A stretch of 27,217 bases of DNA. It comes from Macrostomum lignano. Lineage: Eukaryota. Position numbers and translations under genes: made by a program. The notes beneath the pieces were generated by a model that saw only the letters and a program-made list of their open reading frames with translations, had not been told where the DNA came from and did no database searches. Positions 12,604 to 24,186 of the stretch are shown here, piece by piece (position 1 is the first letter of the stretch; each line of letters begins with the position of its first letter). The DNA lies in contig NIVC01003233.1 in NCBI GenBank assembly GCA_002269645.1, forward strand, positions 1 to 27,217, read 5' to 3'.

Positions 12604-14502
12604 ATGTCATCTTCTGCTTTTAGAGCTGTTGCGACACTGCTGACTTGCGCTGGCTGCTGCTTGCCTTGGGTGATCGCGACTCAGACCGGCTACACTGACT
12701 TCAATTGTAAGTGGTGTTCTAATTATCCTTGCGTCTAAAATGATCACGTATCATCCGTTAGACATCTGATTCATCTGTTAGACATCTGATTCATCTGTTA
12801 GACATCTGATTCATCTGTTAGACATCTGATTCATCTGTTAGACATCTGAATCATCTGTTAGACATCTGATTTATCTGTTAGACATTTGAATCATCTGTTA
12901 GAAATCTTAATCATCTGTTAGACATCTGAATCATCTTTTACACACCTGAAATCACCTGTTTGACCTAGGATAGGAAAAATTTCCTATATTAAAAGGCCCA
13001 GGCCTAAAAGGCAGACAATATCGATGGGAAATTTTCAGTTTACGTCCGTGACCCTCCCATCCCGACGGCATCCGCTGAGTATACCTTCTCGGACGGTCGC
13101 ACCGTCGCTGAGTGCCTGATGCGATGCAAATTCAGCGCCTCTGTCAACTGCTACGCCACCGCCTTTCGGCAGGATCTCAACCGCTGCGTCTTCTCGGCAA
13201 CTTGGTGCGCCAGATTTGACATCACTGCACCGTCGAGTTTCGTGTACAGGAAACGTCTGAGCAAGCCCGATTTTAGTGAGTTCTTATTGGACGATGCTTT
13301 GGTGGATTTGCCAAAAGCAAATCAGTCAGTGGACCGTGTCAGTGGACCGTGTCAGTGGTCTAGCGCGGCGCTCTGATATGTCTGTGGCCCAGGCTTGATA
13401 GTGCATTTAACTACCTTGAGAACCAACCCCCAAGGCACAGTGAAGTGTACATGCCTAACTATAAATAAAGTTAGGGCCGCTGTACACTCCTGTGTGTGTG
13501 TGTGCCTGTGGGTATGTCTAAGTACGTATCTGCGCGCTTGTGTGGCTGCTCAGGGGAGTCGACGGAATGGGCAGTAATGCCTCTCGCCGGTTGTGTGACA
13601 ATGTCGCTCAAAGTGCGCCAGGCTGCACACAGGCCCTGCCTGTAAATTAGATGCTCGATTAGACTTAAGCTCAGTCGGTGAAGTGTTCGATTAAGATGAC
13701 CAGGTCCAGTTCGCAACAGAGAACATCAATAGCTACAGTATTAAATGCAGTGCATTTGTGTATAACTATAACTTATTAATCACTTCACGCAATCCATGCC
13801 GCAGATGTGTACGCCAGCGTTGGCAGTCGCAAGTTTCAAGTTATCCAACAACGATCTAAAGGCTTTTTGAGCTTTGCTCAGTGCTGGGCCGACTACGAAA
13901 ACGGATTCGGCGATGACAAAGACTTTTGGATTGGTAATGAGTCTATAAAAATGTTTTTTAATAGCTGATTTAGTCTAGTGACTAGTGAGCCTGTGCCTTG
14001 GGGGGCTGGCCCTCTTGGCTGTGAATCGCACGAAAAACCCTCGAAGGCTTAAATAAACCGATCAGCCAATTTTTGTATTTCAAGGATTGCGCAAAATCAA
14101 CGAACTGACTGGAAACACGCCGCGACGCCTCCGCATCGAGGCTGTAACTCGCGAGAACAAGCTTTACGTTGCCGAGTACTCCGACTTCTCAGTTGGCGAC
14201 GCGTCAACAAATTACTTGATGACATTCAATTCGTATTTGTCTGGAAGCTCCAACACCAGCGGAGATTCGCTCAGCATCAATAAGGGAATGAAATTCTCTA
14301 CTCTGGATAGGGACAACGATGACAATTCGGACAGTTGCTCCGAGAGTCCTACGGCTATGCCGGCTGGTGGTTCGAGCAGTGCTCCGACAGCAACCCTAAC
14401 GGGATCTACTCGGCTGAGTTTAACAGCAATTCGGCCATGCACTATTGGGACGCCGACAAGAAAAAGGCGTTGAAAAGCATTCGACTCATGGTGGAGATTT
14501 GA
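12604..14502 (+). CDS. Secreted PAN/apple-like + fibrinogen C-terminal (FReD) protein; 4 exons; one frameshift near 14345-14349
   Basis: Exon 12604-12706: signal-peptide-like MSSSAFRAVATLLTCAGCCLPWVIA. Exon 13039-13275: ECLMRC..NCYA..RCVF, PAN/apple-like cysteine spacing. Exon 13805-13933: VIQQRSKG..FAQCWADYENGFGDDKDFWIG. Exon 14085-14502: LRKINELT..LRIE..GMKFSTLDRDND, then after a frame change YGYAGWWFEQCSDSNPNGIY..LKSIRLMVEI*. All three introns are GT..AG and phase 1. Confidence 0.85.
12751..12955. repeat. 20-bp minisatellite (TTAGACATCTGATTCATCTG), about 10 copies, in FReD intron 1
   Basis: Period read directly. Confidence 0.93.
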
Positions 14503-14574
14503 GTTTGTAGCTACGCTCGTACGAACCATGCAGAGCGAGTGTTGAGTCGTTTGACGTTTTATTAGATGAGACCA

Positions 14575-15092
14575 TTTGGACGGTGTGGTGTCGTTTTCAT
14601 TTGAGACGATGTGTCATTTTCATTTGAGACGGTGTGTGGTGTCATTTTCATTTGAGACGGTGTGTGGTGTCATTTTCATTTGAGACGGTGTGTGGTGTCA
14701 TTTTCATTTGAGACGGTGTGTGGTGTCATTTTCACTTGAGACGGTGTGTGGTGTCATTTTCATTTAAGACGCTTCTGGTTCAGTTGGGACGGTGTGGTGT
14801 CATTTTCATTTGAGACTCTTCTGGTTCAGTTGGGACGGTGTGGTATCATTTTCATTTGAGACTCTTCTGGTTCAGTTGGGACGGTGTGGTGTCATTTTCA
14901 TTTGAGACTCTTCTGGTTCAGTTGGGACGGTGTGGTGTCATTTTCATTTGAGACTCTTCTGGTTCAGTTGGGACGGTGTGGTGTCATTTTCATTCGAGAC
15001 GCTTCTGGTTCAGTTGGGACGGTGTGGTGTCATTTTCATTTGAGACGCTTCTGGTTCAGTTGGGACGTTGTGTGTGTGTGTGTGTGTGTGTG
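14575..15092. repeat. Compound minisatellite: 28-bp unit switching to a 46-bp unit, ending in (GT)n
   Basis: GTCATTTTCATTTGAGACGGTGTGTGGT has period 28 at 14641/14669; the longer unit has period 46 at 14881/14927. Confidence 0.92.
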
Positions 15093-15560
15093 TAATTTTC
15101 ATTTCAGATGGTTTGGGTTAGTTTAGGACGGTGTTATTTGGGATAAATTGTTTTTTATTGCCGTAGCTACAGCTCATCCGAGATCCGATACCTATAGCTG
15201 AGATTGCATGGTTGTCATATCTAGACGAGACAGTTTTTGTCATGTTTGTTATTAAATAATAATAAATAGAATATTTTTCTGTATTTTGTTCCTCATCTTT
15301 AAGCGCCGTAATTAATCTATTTAATCTTCTAATTATTTTATAATATGTTGCAAGGTATAGAGCATCACATTTATACACGTACACGTAAAGAGTAAATTGC
15401 TTTTTAAATATTTTAAATGCTTTTCTTAAACGCTTTTTCCTCCATTTGTTGTTTTCTTTAATAACAAATCTATTTGTCTTTTATAATTCATTAGAAATTG
15501 TGTCAAGAGCAGTAACTGCTTTTTTGTTTGTTTTAATTCTCACATATTTTTTCGAAAGTA

Positions 15561-15621
15561 ACCTAAACTGTGTAACCTGTGTAACCTGTGTAAACTGTGT
15601 AACTGTGTAACTGTGTAACCT
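15561..15621. repeat. Short tandem repeat (AACTGTGT / AACCTGTGT)
   Basis: Seen directly. Confidence 0.8.
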
Positions 15622-17040
15622 AATTAATTAAGGCTAACAATTTTAAATTTAATTTTACTGCATTGTGTTGAAATAACAAAGGGAACGACGTAAATGAATA
15701 ATTTTATTTGTTTCTAACTTTGTTGTGCTGCAAACTATAAACTGAAGTGAAGAAGTTACAAAATCTATTTAATTATATTACGCAGCTATAAAACAAAAAT
15801 TCTTGTTAACCGATTTATTTTATAGTTTGAAAAAAGTTAACAGTTATCTAATTTTCAAAACAGAAAAGTTTTTGTCTCTACGATAATAAGTCGTCAGAGA
15901 TATTGTGTAACTTTAAAAAAATCTATTGAACTTAACTCATATAAACTAAAAATTACTATCTAATAACCATTTTATTAGAATGAACAATCTTTTATTATTT
16001 ATAATTATTGAATCGGTTAAAGAAAGGCTTTTTGAGTTCTTTTTACTACATTTTTAAACTTCATAGCGAAAAATTATTTCTACTTCTCCCCTTTCACTCC
16101 TGTCAGATGGTCAGTTCACACTTCTTTTAAACTGGGTCGGTGCACTAAGATAGTTTTTGGACAAACTGAATTGAATTAAACTTGTGACTCATAATTACCT
16201 AATCAATCAGGGTACCAAGCTGCCAGTGTCTGTCGCTGATCTCTATTGAAGTGCGCGTAAATCCGTAGATTTGTTACAACGAGCATCGAATTTTCTAATT
16301 GGATGAGCCCGAGAGGACCCACTCGACTCTGATTGGCTGAGCTCATCGAATTCGTAACTAAAACTAATTTTAGTTGAATTAGGAAGCAAATTATTTAATA
16401 GCTATAGACTTTTCCTTAAAATTATAAATTCAGTAATTATAAAGAAAAATCCTTTGCTAGCCTATTAAGAGTGATGTAAAAGCGAAGAAGATGAGTACTC
16501 TTAGGTCTGATTATAAGTTCAAACAAAGTTCGTCCCTATCATAAATTTAGTTCTTTTATCATTGAATCTGTGGTCCTTTGGGTTGTTACCAAAGTCAATT
16601 TAATCCTGGAAGCACAGCTCAGTGTCACTTAAGCCACAGACTGTCGTAGACGATCAACGATCGATATGTAATACCAACTTGATCTCAGTAGGCGGCTCAG
16701 TACTTCGCTGCAACCAAGCGAAAATCTGTTAGATTTAAAAAAATAGATCTTCGTTGCGCCTATGCTGCACCTCCTCATCGCATCCTGACAAAACACAGGA
16801 AAATCCACAGGAATAAAATTTTACTTTCCTGAAAAGTTCAAGCTCTTGTACATGTACGAGGGCTGTCCCAAGTGAATTACGTTTCACTATATCTCTTGTT
16901 CTGTGCTGATCCAAATAATATTACTTTGCACAAATTCATAGCGGCAACTCTCTTCTTCATATTATCTTTAACATCATTAAAAACTGACAATGGAAACAAA
17001 AGTTATAAACTAAAATGTAGCAGGACCCATGGAGGAAAGA

Positions 17041-17273
17041 GTAGAATGGATTGCTAATCTGAGCCAGTTATTTTTGTCTCGCTCGATCTTCACGTTTAAC
17101 ATATCCTTCCCCCCGTTCTTTCCTATTGGCTCGTGACTGCCATAGACGAAGTTAGTACGAGCTCGAATCAAAATATGCTTTCAGCCAATAGGAAGGAACG
17201 GGGGGGAAGGGATGTTAAAAGTTAAAATCGAGAGAGATAAAAATAACTGGCTCAGTTTAGCACTCCATTCTAC
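17041..17273. repeat. 233-bp imperfect palindrome (about 90-bp arms, about 51-nt spacer), MITE-like
   Basis: GTAGAATGGATTGCTAATCTGAGCCAGTTATTTTT...CCTATTGGCT versus AGCCAATAGG...AAAAATAACTGGCTCAGTTTAGCACTCCATTCTAC. Confidence 0.85.
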
Positions 17274-17643
17274 ACCTTTTTCCATTCTATTTTGGCAAAC
17301 GTGCAATCAAGGTCAAAATCTTTTCATTCAATTCAGACAGTTAATGGTAGTTCTTGGCCGGATGTGCATACAATTCCACAGAATATACACAGAATGCCAA
17401 ATCGAGCGATTTCCATGAAGCCGAATTAAAATTCGTGTGCACTACTCTTGTTGTGAAGTCTATGGCCAGTAGTATAAATTTGCGAAGAATAATTTATCAA
17501 AGTCTCGCAGGCAGTCAGAGATCCTACCTGGAGGACCAAATGTAAAAATTTATCATTTTTTCGTATTTTATCATCTAAACAAACCAAACACTCTGAAGAA
17601 CTCCAGTTAAGCAGAATTCATTCGCATCACAGTTAAACTACAG

Positions 17644-18370
17644 TTAAACAGCATTTAATCGCATCAGCTTCTTCCTCTCTTCAGCTCTCTTTATTCCTGT
17701 CGTGCGCCCCCCCCCCCGCTTTCTCTGCTGAGCGAGCGTCCTCTGACTGTTGCACCAGTGATGCAGGCGAAGTCTGGCAAACAACTTGGCCATTGCCTTA
17801 GCACAGCGTTCGCCGTGATCCGAGCTGTGCGTCTGAATATTAGCAAGAACAATGGGAAAGAACTTTTCCTGAAGCCGTTTGCTCACGTCCTTCAGAACGA
17901 ACAGCTCTTTGTCCGTTGTCGTGAAGGTGCGCTCCATCTGACAGACTGCAGATATGACTGCCTTGTTGGAATGATCAGATTTCCAGTCCCGCCCTGTCCG
18001 TTCTTGAGCTGCAGGAAGCGCATCTCTCCCGAGCCATCGCCTTTTAACGACTGCTGGCACTCCTCGCACTTTTCCTCAGATTTGAATAGCTTGAAAAGCA
18101 GCCAGCCTCCAATGTAGGCGCACTTCTCATTCTCAATGCTGCCGACTGTGCCAGCAGGCAGGTCTTGAGCTTCCTCAGTGGAGTCTGCTGAAATCAGGCC
18201 ATCGCCCTGCGGACCAGGACTGGGCGCACTTGCACTTGCTGTTACTTTGGCCTGAAACTCGGTCAGCAAGGTGCTGCCATCGTTCTCGCAGTTGCTGTTA
18301 GTCTGCGATAGACAGTCCAACAAGTGGTTGACAGTGAATTTTCCAGCCATGCTGCGCAGAAAAGCGCAGA
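17644..18370 (-). pseudogene. 3' fragment of a P-element/THAP9-like transposase, frameshifted near 17966-17970
   Basis: ORF 17892-18350 (NSNCEND..CAYIGGWLL..KCEECQQSL..FLQLK..GNLIIP) continues in ORF 17644-18069 (NKAVISAVCQMERTF..H..LFARLRLHHWC..RKKLMRL). This matches the C-terminal pattern of invertebrate P-like transposases as I recall it; no catalytic core is seen. Confidence 0.65.
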
Positions 18371-19654
18371 CTGAACTTAGTTTTCATTTGAAAGCAAAGA
18401 ATAAAAGTCGCTCTTAGAATAGTCTATGGCAAAAACTCAAGCCCTACTTATCAAAGCTTCACAACAAGAGTAGGCTGGTGTGATTTCAATTCTTGCACCG
18501 ATTTTTTAAAACAAAATGCTCGAATCGGCATTCTGTGTACAATTCCGACAACTGTGCTTTCAAAAGCGACAATTTTCAAACAAAGCAAACAAGCTACCAC
18601 GAGAAACCGACACTTTGCAATCAATTCTGACAGTTGGCTATGAATTAGCTTTTTCTGTCCTCCTATCTATATGGCTCTTACTGCGAAATTTCCAATCAAT
18701 TCCCACAAATTTCAATCTATTTAGACAAGCTACTTTTTACTTTGGGTGGGGCCAGGGCTAAATGTGCATGTGCAGGGCTAAATCTATGGGTGTTCCGAAT
18801 CTCCAAGTTTCTCTCCATGATGTGGCTATGGCATTCGCAGTACGAGCAGTATTGTTGAATCTCGGCTCAAACTGTGCCCCAGCCAGCCCCCAAAGGGTGT
18901 TAACACACTCCTCTGAGCAACACTTGAATGCACATCCGGGACTTTTAGCGCAGCAAAAGGAGGGAACAAAAAGCATTGCTACACAATAGAAGCGGTCTTT
19001 CGCGTCCCTGGGATTTCCCTAGGGAATTCCGGAATTACTGAAGCTAAGAGCTGAAGCCCAGTTGGAAATATTCTGATGCTTTAAAAGCTATATTAAAATA
19101 TGCTTCTCCAATTTTTCCATAGATATCTCTTTGTCACAGCAGTCTAACAAAAAAGTTTGAGTACGTATTAAATCAAAAGTACTTTCGCTACTTTCCGCTA
19201 GCTTATCGAATTACTGTAAGTCTATTGTCGAGGTCCTGCTATATGTTAGTTCATAACTTGCGTTTCCATTGTCAGTTTTTAATGATGTTAAAGATAATAT
19301 GAAGAAGAGAGTTGCCGCTATAAATCTATGCAAAATGATATGTTATTAATACATGATAATATATGACATATGATAATGTTATTTGGATCAGCAGAACGAG
19401 AGATATAAAGAAAAGTAACACTACTACTTTTGGGACAGCCCTCGTATTATCAGCATCAGTGGGTGATTCGGTTGGAACAATTCTGTCTAACAGGTGACAG
19501 CTACTGTCTAATAAGAAGTTTTACCAGTGCAAATTAATCAACTGCAGAAATCAGTCGCTGAAGTTTTTTGTTCGCACGAAGTGAAAATTTATAATTGTTA
19601 AAGAAATTTTGCATCAGACACGCTCAATCGAGATGAGAATGAAGCTGTTTTACA

Positions 19655-19802
19655 TAATTAAATAATTAAATAATTAAGTAATTAAATAATTAAATAATTA
19701 AGTAATTAAATAATTAATTAAATAATTAAATAATTAAATAATTAAGTAATTAAATAATTAAGTAATTAAATAATTAAATAATTAAGTAATTAAATAATTA
19801 AA
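19655..19802. repeat. 8-bp AT-rich tandem repeat (TAATTAAA/TAATTAAG)n
   Basis: Seen directly. Confidence 0.95.
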
Positions 19803-20354
19803 CATTTAAGTTTTAAAATAAGTGTTAGATTTTCAGACCGAATTTAAAACGAATAATGTGAGCACATCAGAGCTAAATCTTATAATCAGATTTATATTAG
19901 CAGACAATTACAAGTTGCATTATCAAGGACTACTAGACTAGAAGGACGCAACACTTGCAAATCGTGCAAAAATAGTTGAAGGCCGATTATTAAAATGTCT
20001 GTATTTCCGAATCAATTGCATGTAGAACGTGTCACGTTATTTGATGTTGTCCGTGACCCTTAAAAGGGCCGTTTTAGTCCCAAATGAATCGAGTCAAGTC
20101 TTGATAGCGGATTTGTGTAGCGGAGCACTTGGCACACAAGGCCGGAAGCTGGCCGTAGTTGGTTATTATTGTTGAGATCAATATTCGATGCGGTTAATAT
20201 CAATATAGAACTTATTGCGCGTTGGGGCACTGGCGGCTGCAACAATGGTTTTGAATTGAAGGTGAGTTAGAGATTGTAGTCGAGTGGTAGGCGAGTGATG
20301 CAAGACGATGCAACGTGGTGAGTAACGGCGATGAGTACAACAGACGGCGATGAG

Positions 20355-20366
20355 TACAACAGTGGC
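20355..20366 (+). repeat. Target-site duplication, left copy
   Basis: TACAACAGTGGC, identical to 26205-26216. Confidence 0.92.
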
Positions 20367-20389
20367 TTGACTTACTTACTTGACTTAGC
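20367..20389 (-). repeat. Simple-repeat 3' tail of the retrotransposon
   Basis: Minus strand CTAAGTCAAGTAAGTAAGTCAA directly abuts the TSD. Confidence 0.8.
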
Positions 20390-20480
20390 TGCAGGGCGGT
20401 CCGAAGACGCAGCGGGGAGGCGAGCGTCGCCCATTCCGCTAATCCCTGAAAGACCCGCATAGGCTAGGGCGCGGGGCCGG

Positions 20481-23400
20481 TCAGGGAGGTCTGCCGGTCC
20501 TGTCTGCAGCGTTGTCTTCGGTGGGGAAGACGGAGGCTCGCTTGGTGGCCCGGAGGAACCGGATGAGCCGTGGGATGTTCTCGGGCCGGCAAACGTCGTC
20601 CAGGGACGGGTTGGGCCCGAGGTGGTTGAGCCGGTCTCGGTTGAAGGCCGGGCAGTAGCAGACGAAGTGCATGGCATCTTCATTCTCGAGGCTGCAGAAG
20701 GGGCAGAGTTCACTCCGGCGAACACATCGGAGGAAGCAGTGCCTGGCAAAGCAACCGTGACCTGTGAAGGTCATAGTGAGAGCGCGGATATCTTTTCGAT
20801 TTTGATTCAAAAGGATTCTCCGCAGCTTGAGGGACGGATTGGGCACTGCCGCACGAGATTGGCGGCAGTTGGAGATACCATCCCATCTGCGCAAGTGCAG
20901 GATGTCCGCCCAGTCGTTAATCTGACGATTAATGACTGTGGCGGGGATGGGGGCCAGGGGCACGGGGCCAAGGGGCGAGCCGGAACAGCCCGCCTTAGCG
21001 AGGGAGTCGGCGAGCTCGTTACCTTTGAAGCCGGCGTGTCCTGGGATCCACGTGAGCCGGACGGTGTTCCTCCGAGCCAGCTTGTTGAGCTGCCCGATAC
21101 AGTCGCGGACTGTTCGGGAGTTCGTAGTGGTGTGACACAGGGCCTGTAAAGCGGCCTGGCTGTCAGAGTGGAAGAAGATTCTTTTGTCCTTGAAGTCCTT
21201 GCGGTGGAGCTCAGCTGCACAGGAGCTGATGGCAAGGACTTCATTCTGGAAGACGCTGGAGAGTCTGCCAGTGTGTTGGGCGTGAGTAGCAATCACGCGG
21301 CCGTTGATAAGGATGCAGACTCCAAAGCCGGATAAACCGTCTTTGGAGGATCCGTCAGTGAAGCAGTGAACCTCCTGAGGGGCCCAGCTGTCGTTGGCGT
21401 TCTCCCTGGAGGGGATCGTGACCTTGAAGCGTTGGTAGAGGTTGAGGGAGCGCGGTTCAGCGTCCGAAAGGACAGCCGCACTCCCACTCTCCTCCAGAAC
21501 TTTAAGGCACAGGTCAGAGTGCGGCAGGAGCTTGCGCTTCGCCATCGCTCTTTGTGGCTTGAAGCTAACACCAGCCTCGATGAGCCGGCGGGTGGTTTTA
21601 GCAGCCTCGCGACGGACAAAGATGTCCAGAGGCGGGAGGCAGAGAAAGGCGTTGAGGCCGTCAAAGGGAGCAGAGAGCGGGGCATTCAGGATCATGCGGC
21701 ACGCACGTCCCTGCACCTTTTTGAGGGCTTCGTGGCAGGTTTTAATCTGCAAGGCGCTGGTCCAGACCAGGCCGGCGTATGTAACGGCCGGTCGGACCAT
21801 TGCGGTATAGATCCACCAGAGACGCTTTGGGGTGAGGCCCCAGGTGGTGCCGACGGCTCTGCGCAGCTGCGCAAGAATCGCGAGGGCTTTTTTGGTTTTG
21901 GCCTGGACGTGGGTGGACCAGCTCAGCCGGTGGTCCAGCGTAACGCCGAGACACTTGGTTTGCTTGCAGGATGGAATTTCCACTCCGTAAAGCTTTAGTG
22001 GGCGAATACGCCAGTTTACCCTGCTGGTGAACATGATCGCGACAGTTTTGGTCTCGGAGAGCCTGAGGCCGCACCTGTCCGCCCAACGTTCAGCAGAGCG
22101 AATGAAGTTTTGCAAAAGATCTCTAAGGGTTTCAGGTGACGGTCCGGATGCCACGGCTGTGACATCATCGGCGTAACCGACCTTGAGGATGGGGTCAAGA
22201 TGGCTGTCCTGGAGGAGCTCATCGATGACCATGTTCCAGAGAACTGGAGAGAGGACACCGCCCTGGGGGCTGCCTTTGCAGACGGTTACCGTCCGTTGGT
22301 GGCCCAACAGGTGTGCGGTGGCAGTACGGTGGCTGATCATATACATGATCCACCGGGTGAGGTGCGAGTGGGTTCCTCTAGCACGTAGAGCTCTGTCAAA
22401 GGCCTCAAAGAGGACATTATCGAAGGCTCCAACAATGTCGAGGAAGACAGCGAGAGCGTAGCCATTACCAAGAACGGCTTTCTCCAGCATGTCAACCAGA
22501 ACGTGAAGCGCGCTCTCCGTGGACCTGCCTGCCCGAAAGGCATGCTGGTTCTCACTGAGCGGCTTGTTCTTCAGTTCCACAGAGAGGAGGCGCCAGAGCA
22601 CCAGTCTCTCTAACAGCTTCACCAATGAGGAGGTGAGGCTAATTGGTCTGAAGGATTTAATGGACCGGTAGTCCGGTCGGCCAGGCTTGGGGATAAAGAC
22701 CACCTTGGCCTCGGTCCAGGATTTCGGAACAAAGCCGAGCACAATGCAGGCTTTCAGAAGCCGGCAAAGGTTCCGCAGGAAACCGGTGCATTTCACCGCC
22801 TCCCGCAGGAAGGCTGGCACAACGCCGTCCGGTCCTGGGGATTTGAAGGGTTTGAAGGAGGAGACAGCTTTAGTAACGCGGTCCTCCGTGATGATTGAGT
22901 CAGCCAGTACGTGTCCGCCCACTGAGTGGTCAGGGGGGCCGGGCCTAGCTGGCTCGTTCGGGAAAAACGCTGTTAGCATCGCTTCCAGTGTTTCTCCTGG
23001 GTTCTCAGTGAGCGAGCCGTCGGCTCTCTTGACTGAGGAGAGTTTGGACATTTTGTCCAGGGTGAGGGCTTTAACGATTCTGGAGGTGGGGCGGGAGCCC
23101 TCAAGTTCCTCACAGTATTCGCGCCACTTGTTGGTTTTGGCGTTCCTAACCTGCCTCTTGAACTCGTGGATAGAGTTCAGGTAGGCGGTTTGGTCGGCCG
23201 GGTTTTTAGTTTTTTGGGCCCTGCGGTGAAGCCTTTTGGCTCTGCGACGGAGGTCGCCAAGCTGCGGGTTCCACCATGGGGCCGACTGTTTGCCTTTATA
23301 TGCCTTTAGTGGGCATGAGGCTTCGAAGGCAGCAGTGAGCGAGTCCGTAAGTGCGGCCGCAAATTCATCTGCTTCTTCGCAGGTGTTGATGGAGACTGGA

Positions 23401-24184
23401 GCGCTAGTGCAACGATAGGTCTCCTCCAGGGCAAGCCTGAAGGCGGTCCAGTCGGTATTCCTAGCATTCCGTTTCCAGTAAAGCTGGCCTGCGTTACGGG
23501 CGCTGGCCAGCGTGAAAGAGATGAACTTGTGATCGGAGAGGGACGCCTCAGGAAGCACCCGCCATTCCCTAGTGCTCTGGAAGAGCCTGGGCGTGGCGAG
23601 GGTGGCATCCAGCACCTCCGATCGGCGTCCGTTATTGAAGGTAGGGGTACTACCCGAGTTACAGAACTCAAGGGTTGTAGTAGCAATATAAGCCAGGAAG
23701 TCTTCACCTCTCTGGTTTATATCAGAACTGCCCCAGTGGGTGTGGTGGGCATTGATGTCACCTGCCACGAGCAGCTCATAGTTTCTGGTGGAGCAGAGCT
23801 CGACCAGTGTGACAAGCTCTACTGGGATCATCTCGCCGTCGCCCGGTAGGTAAACCGAGGCGATGAGGGTAGTCCTCCCAGGGAGTATGTCTTCAGACTG
23901 GATGACACAGATGTCCCTGGTGGACAGGTCTGATCTGAGCCATGCGTTAATAGAACTGGACACCATGATGCAGGATCTTGGTGCCAGGTTTCCCTCCCGG
24001 GTACCAGCGGTTAAACACTGGTAGCCGGTGGGGACATGTTGGGGCTGCCCCTAAGCGTCCAAGGTTCCTGGATAAGGATAATCCCTGGCACGTATTGGTC
24101 AGTGTGCTTCAAGAGGTTGACTGAAGCAGCAATGCTGTGCTGCAGGTTGACCTGCAAGCAGTGGATGCCCTGGGAGACAGTCAT
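20481..24184 (-). CDS. Retrotransposon ORF2: AP endonuclease, reverse transcriptase, RNase H, CCHC zinc knuckle; frameshift near 24035-24053
   Basis: ATG at 24184 gives MTVSQGIHCLQVNLQHS..ILIQEPW (endonuclease start). This shifts into the 1161-aa ORF containing GDINAHH, SDHK, FRPISL, QGGVLSP, YADD (22164-22175), TDGS..SDSQAAL..WIPGHAGFKGNELADSLAK and CPFC..EDAMHFVCYC. Confidence 0.93.
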
Positions 24185-24186
24185 GT

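Larger units (their letters stand above)
16857..19444. mobile_element. Non-autonomous long-TIR DNA transposon with TA target duplication (Tc1/mariner-like ends)
   Basis: TA|CGAGGGCTGTCCCAA at 16855 and TTGGGACAGCCCTCG|TA at 19446. Imperfect inverted repeats 16857-17027 and 19232-19444 include a perfect 59-bp block (16939-16997 versus 19262-19320). No mariner transposase is visible inside. Confidence 0.85.

Noticed and set aside
2451-15092. Tandem arrays as CRISPR-like loci
   Set aside because: There are no unique spacers between repeats, and the context is eukaryotic and intronic.
17138-18431. Inverted GCCATAGAC motifs (17138-17147, 17458-17466, 18422-18431) as P-element termini
   Set aside because: They are only 9-10 bp, have no flanking 8-bp duplication, and the left one lies in the palindrome spacer, which would split the palindrome.
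18516-18989. Short ORFs as upstream exons of the P-like transposase
   Set aside because: I could not recognise any transposase or THAP motif in any frame.
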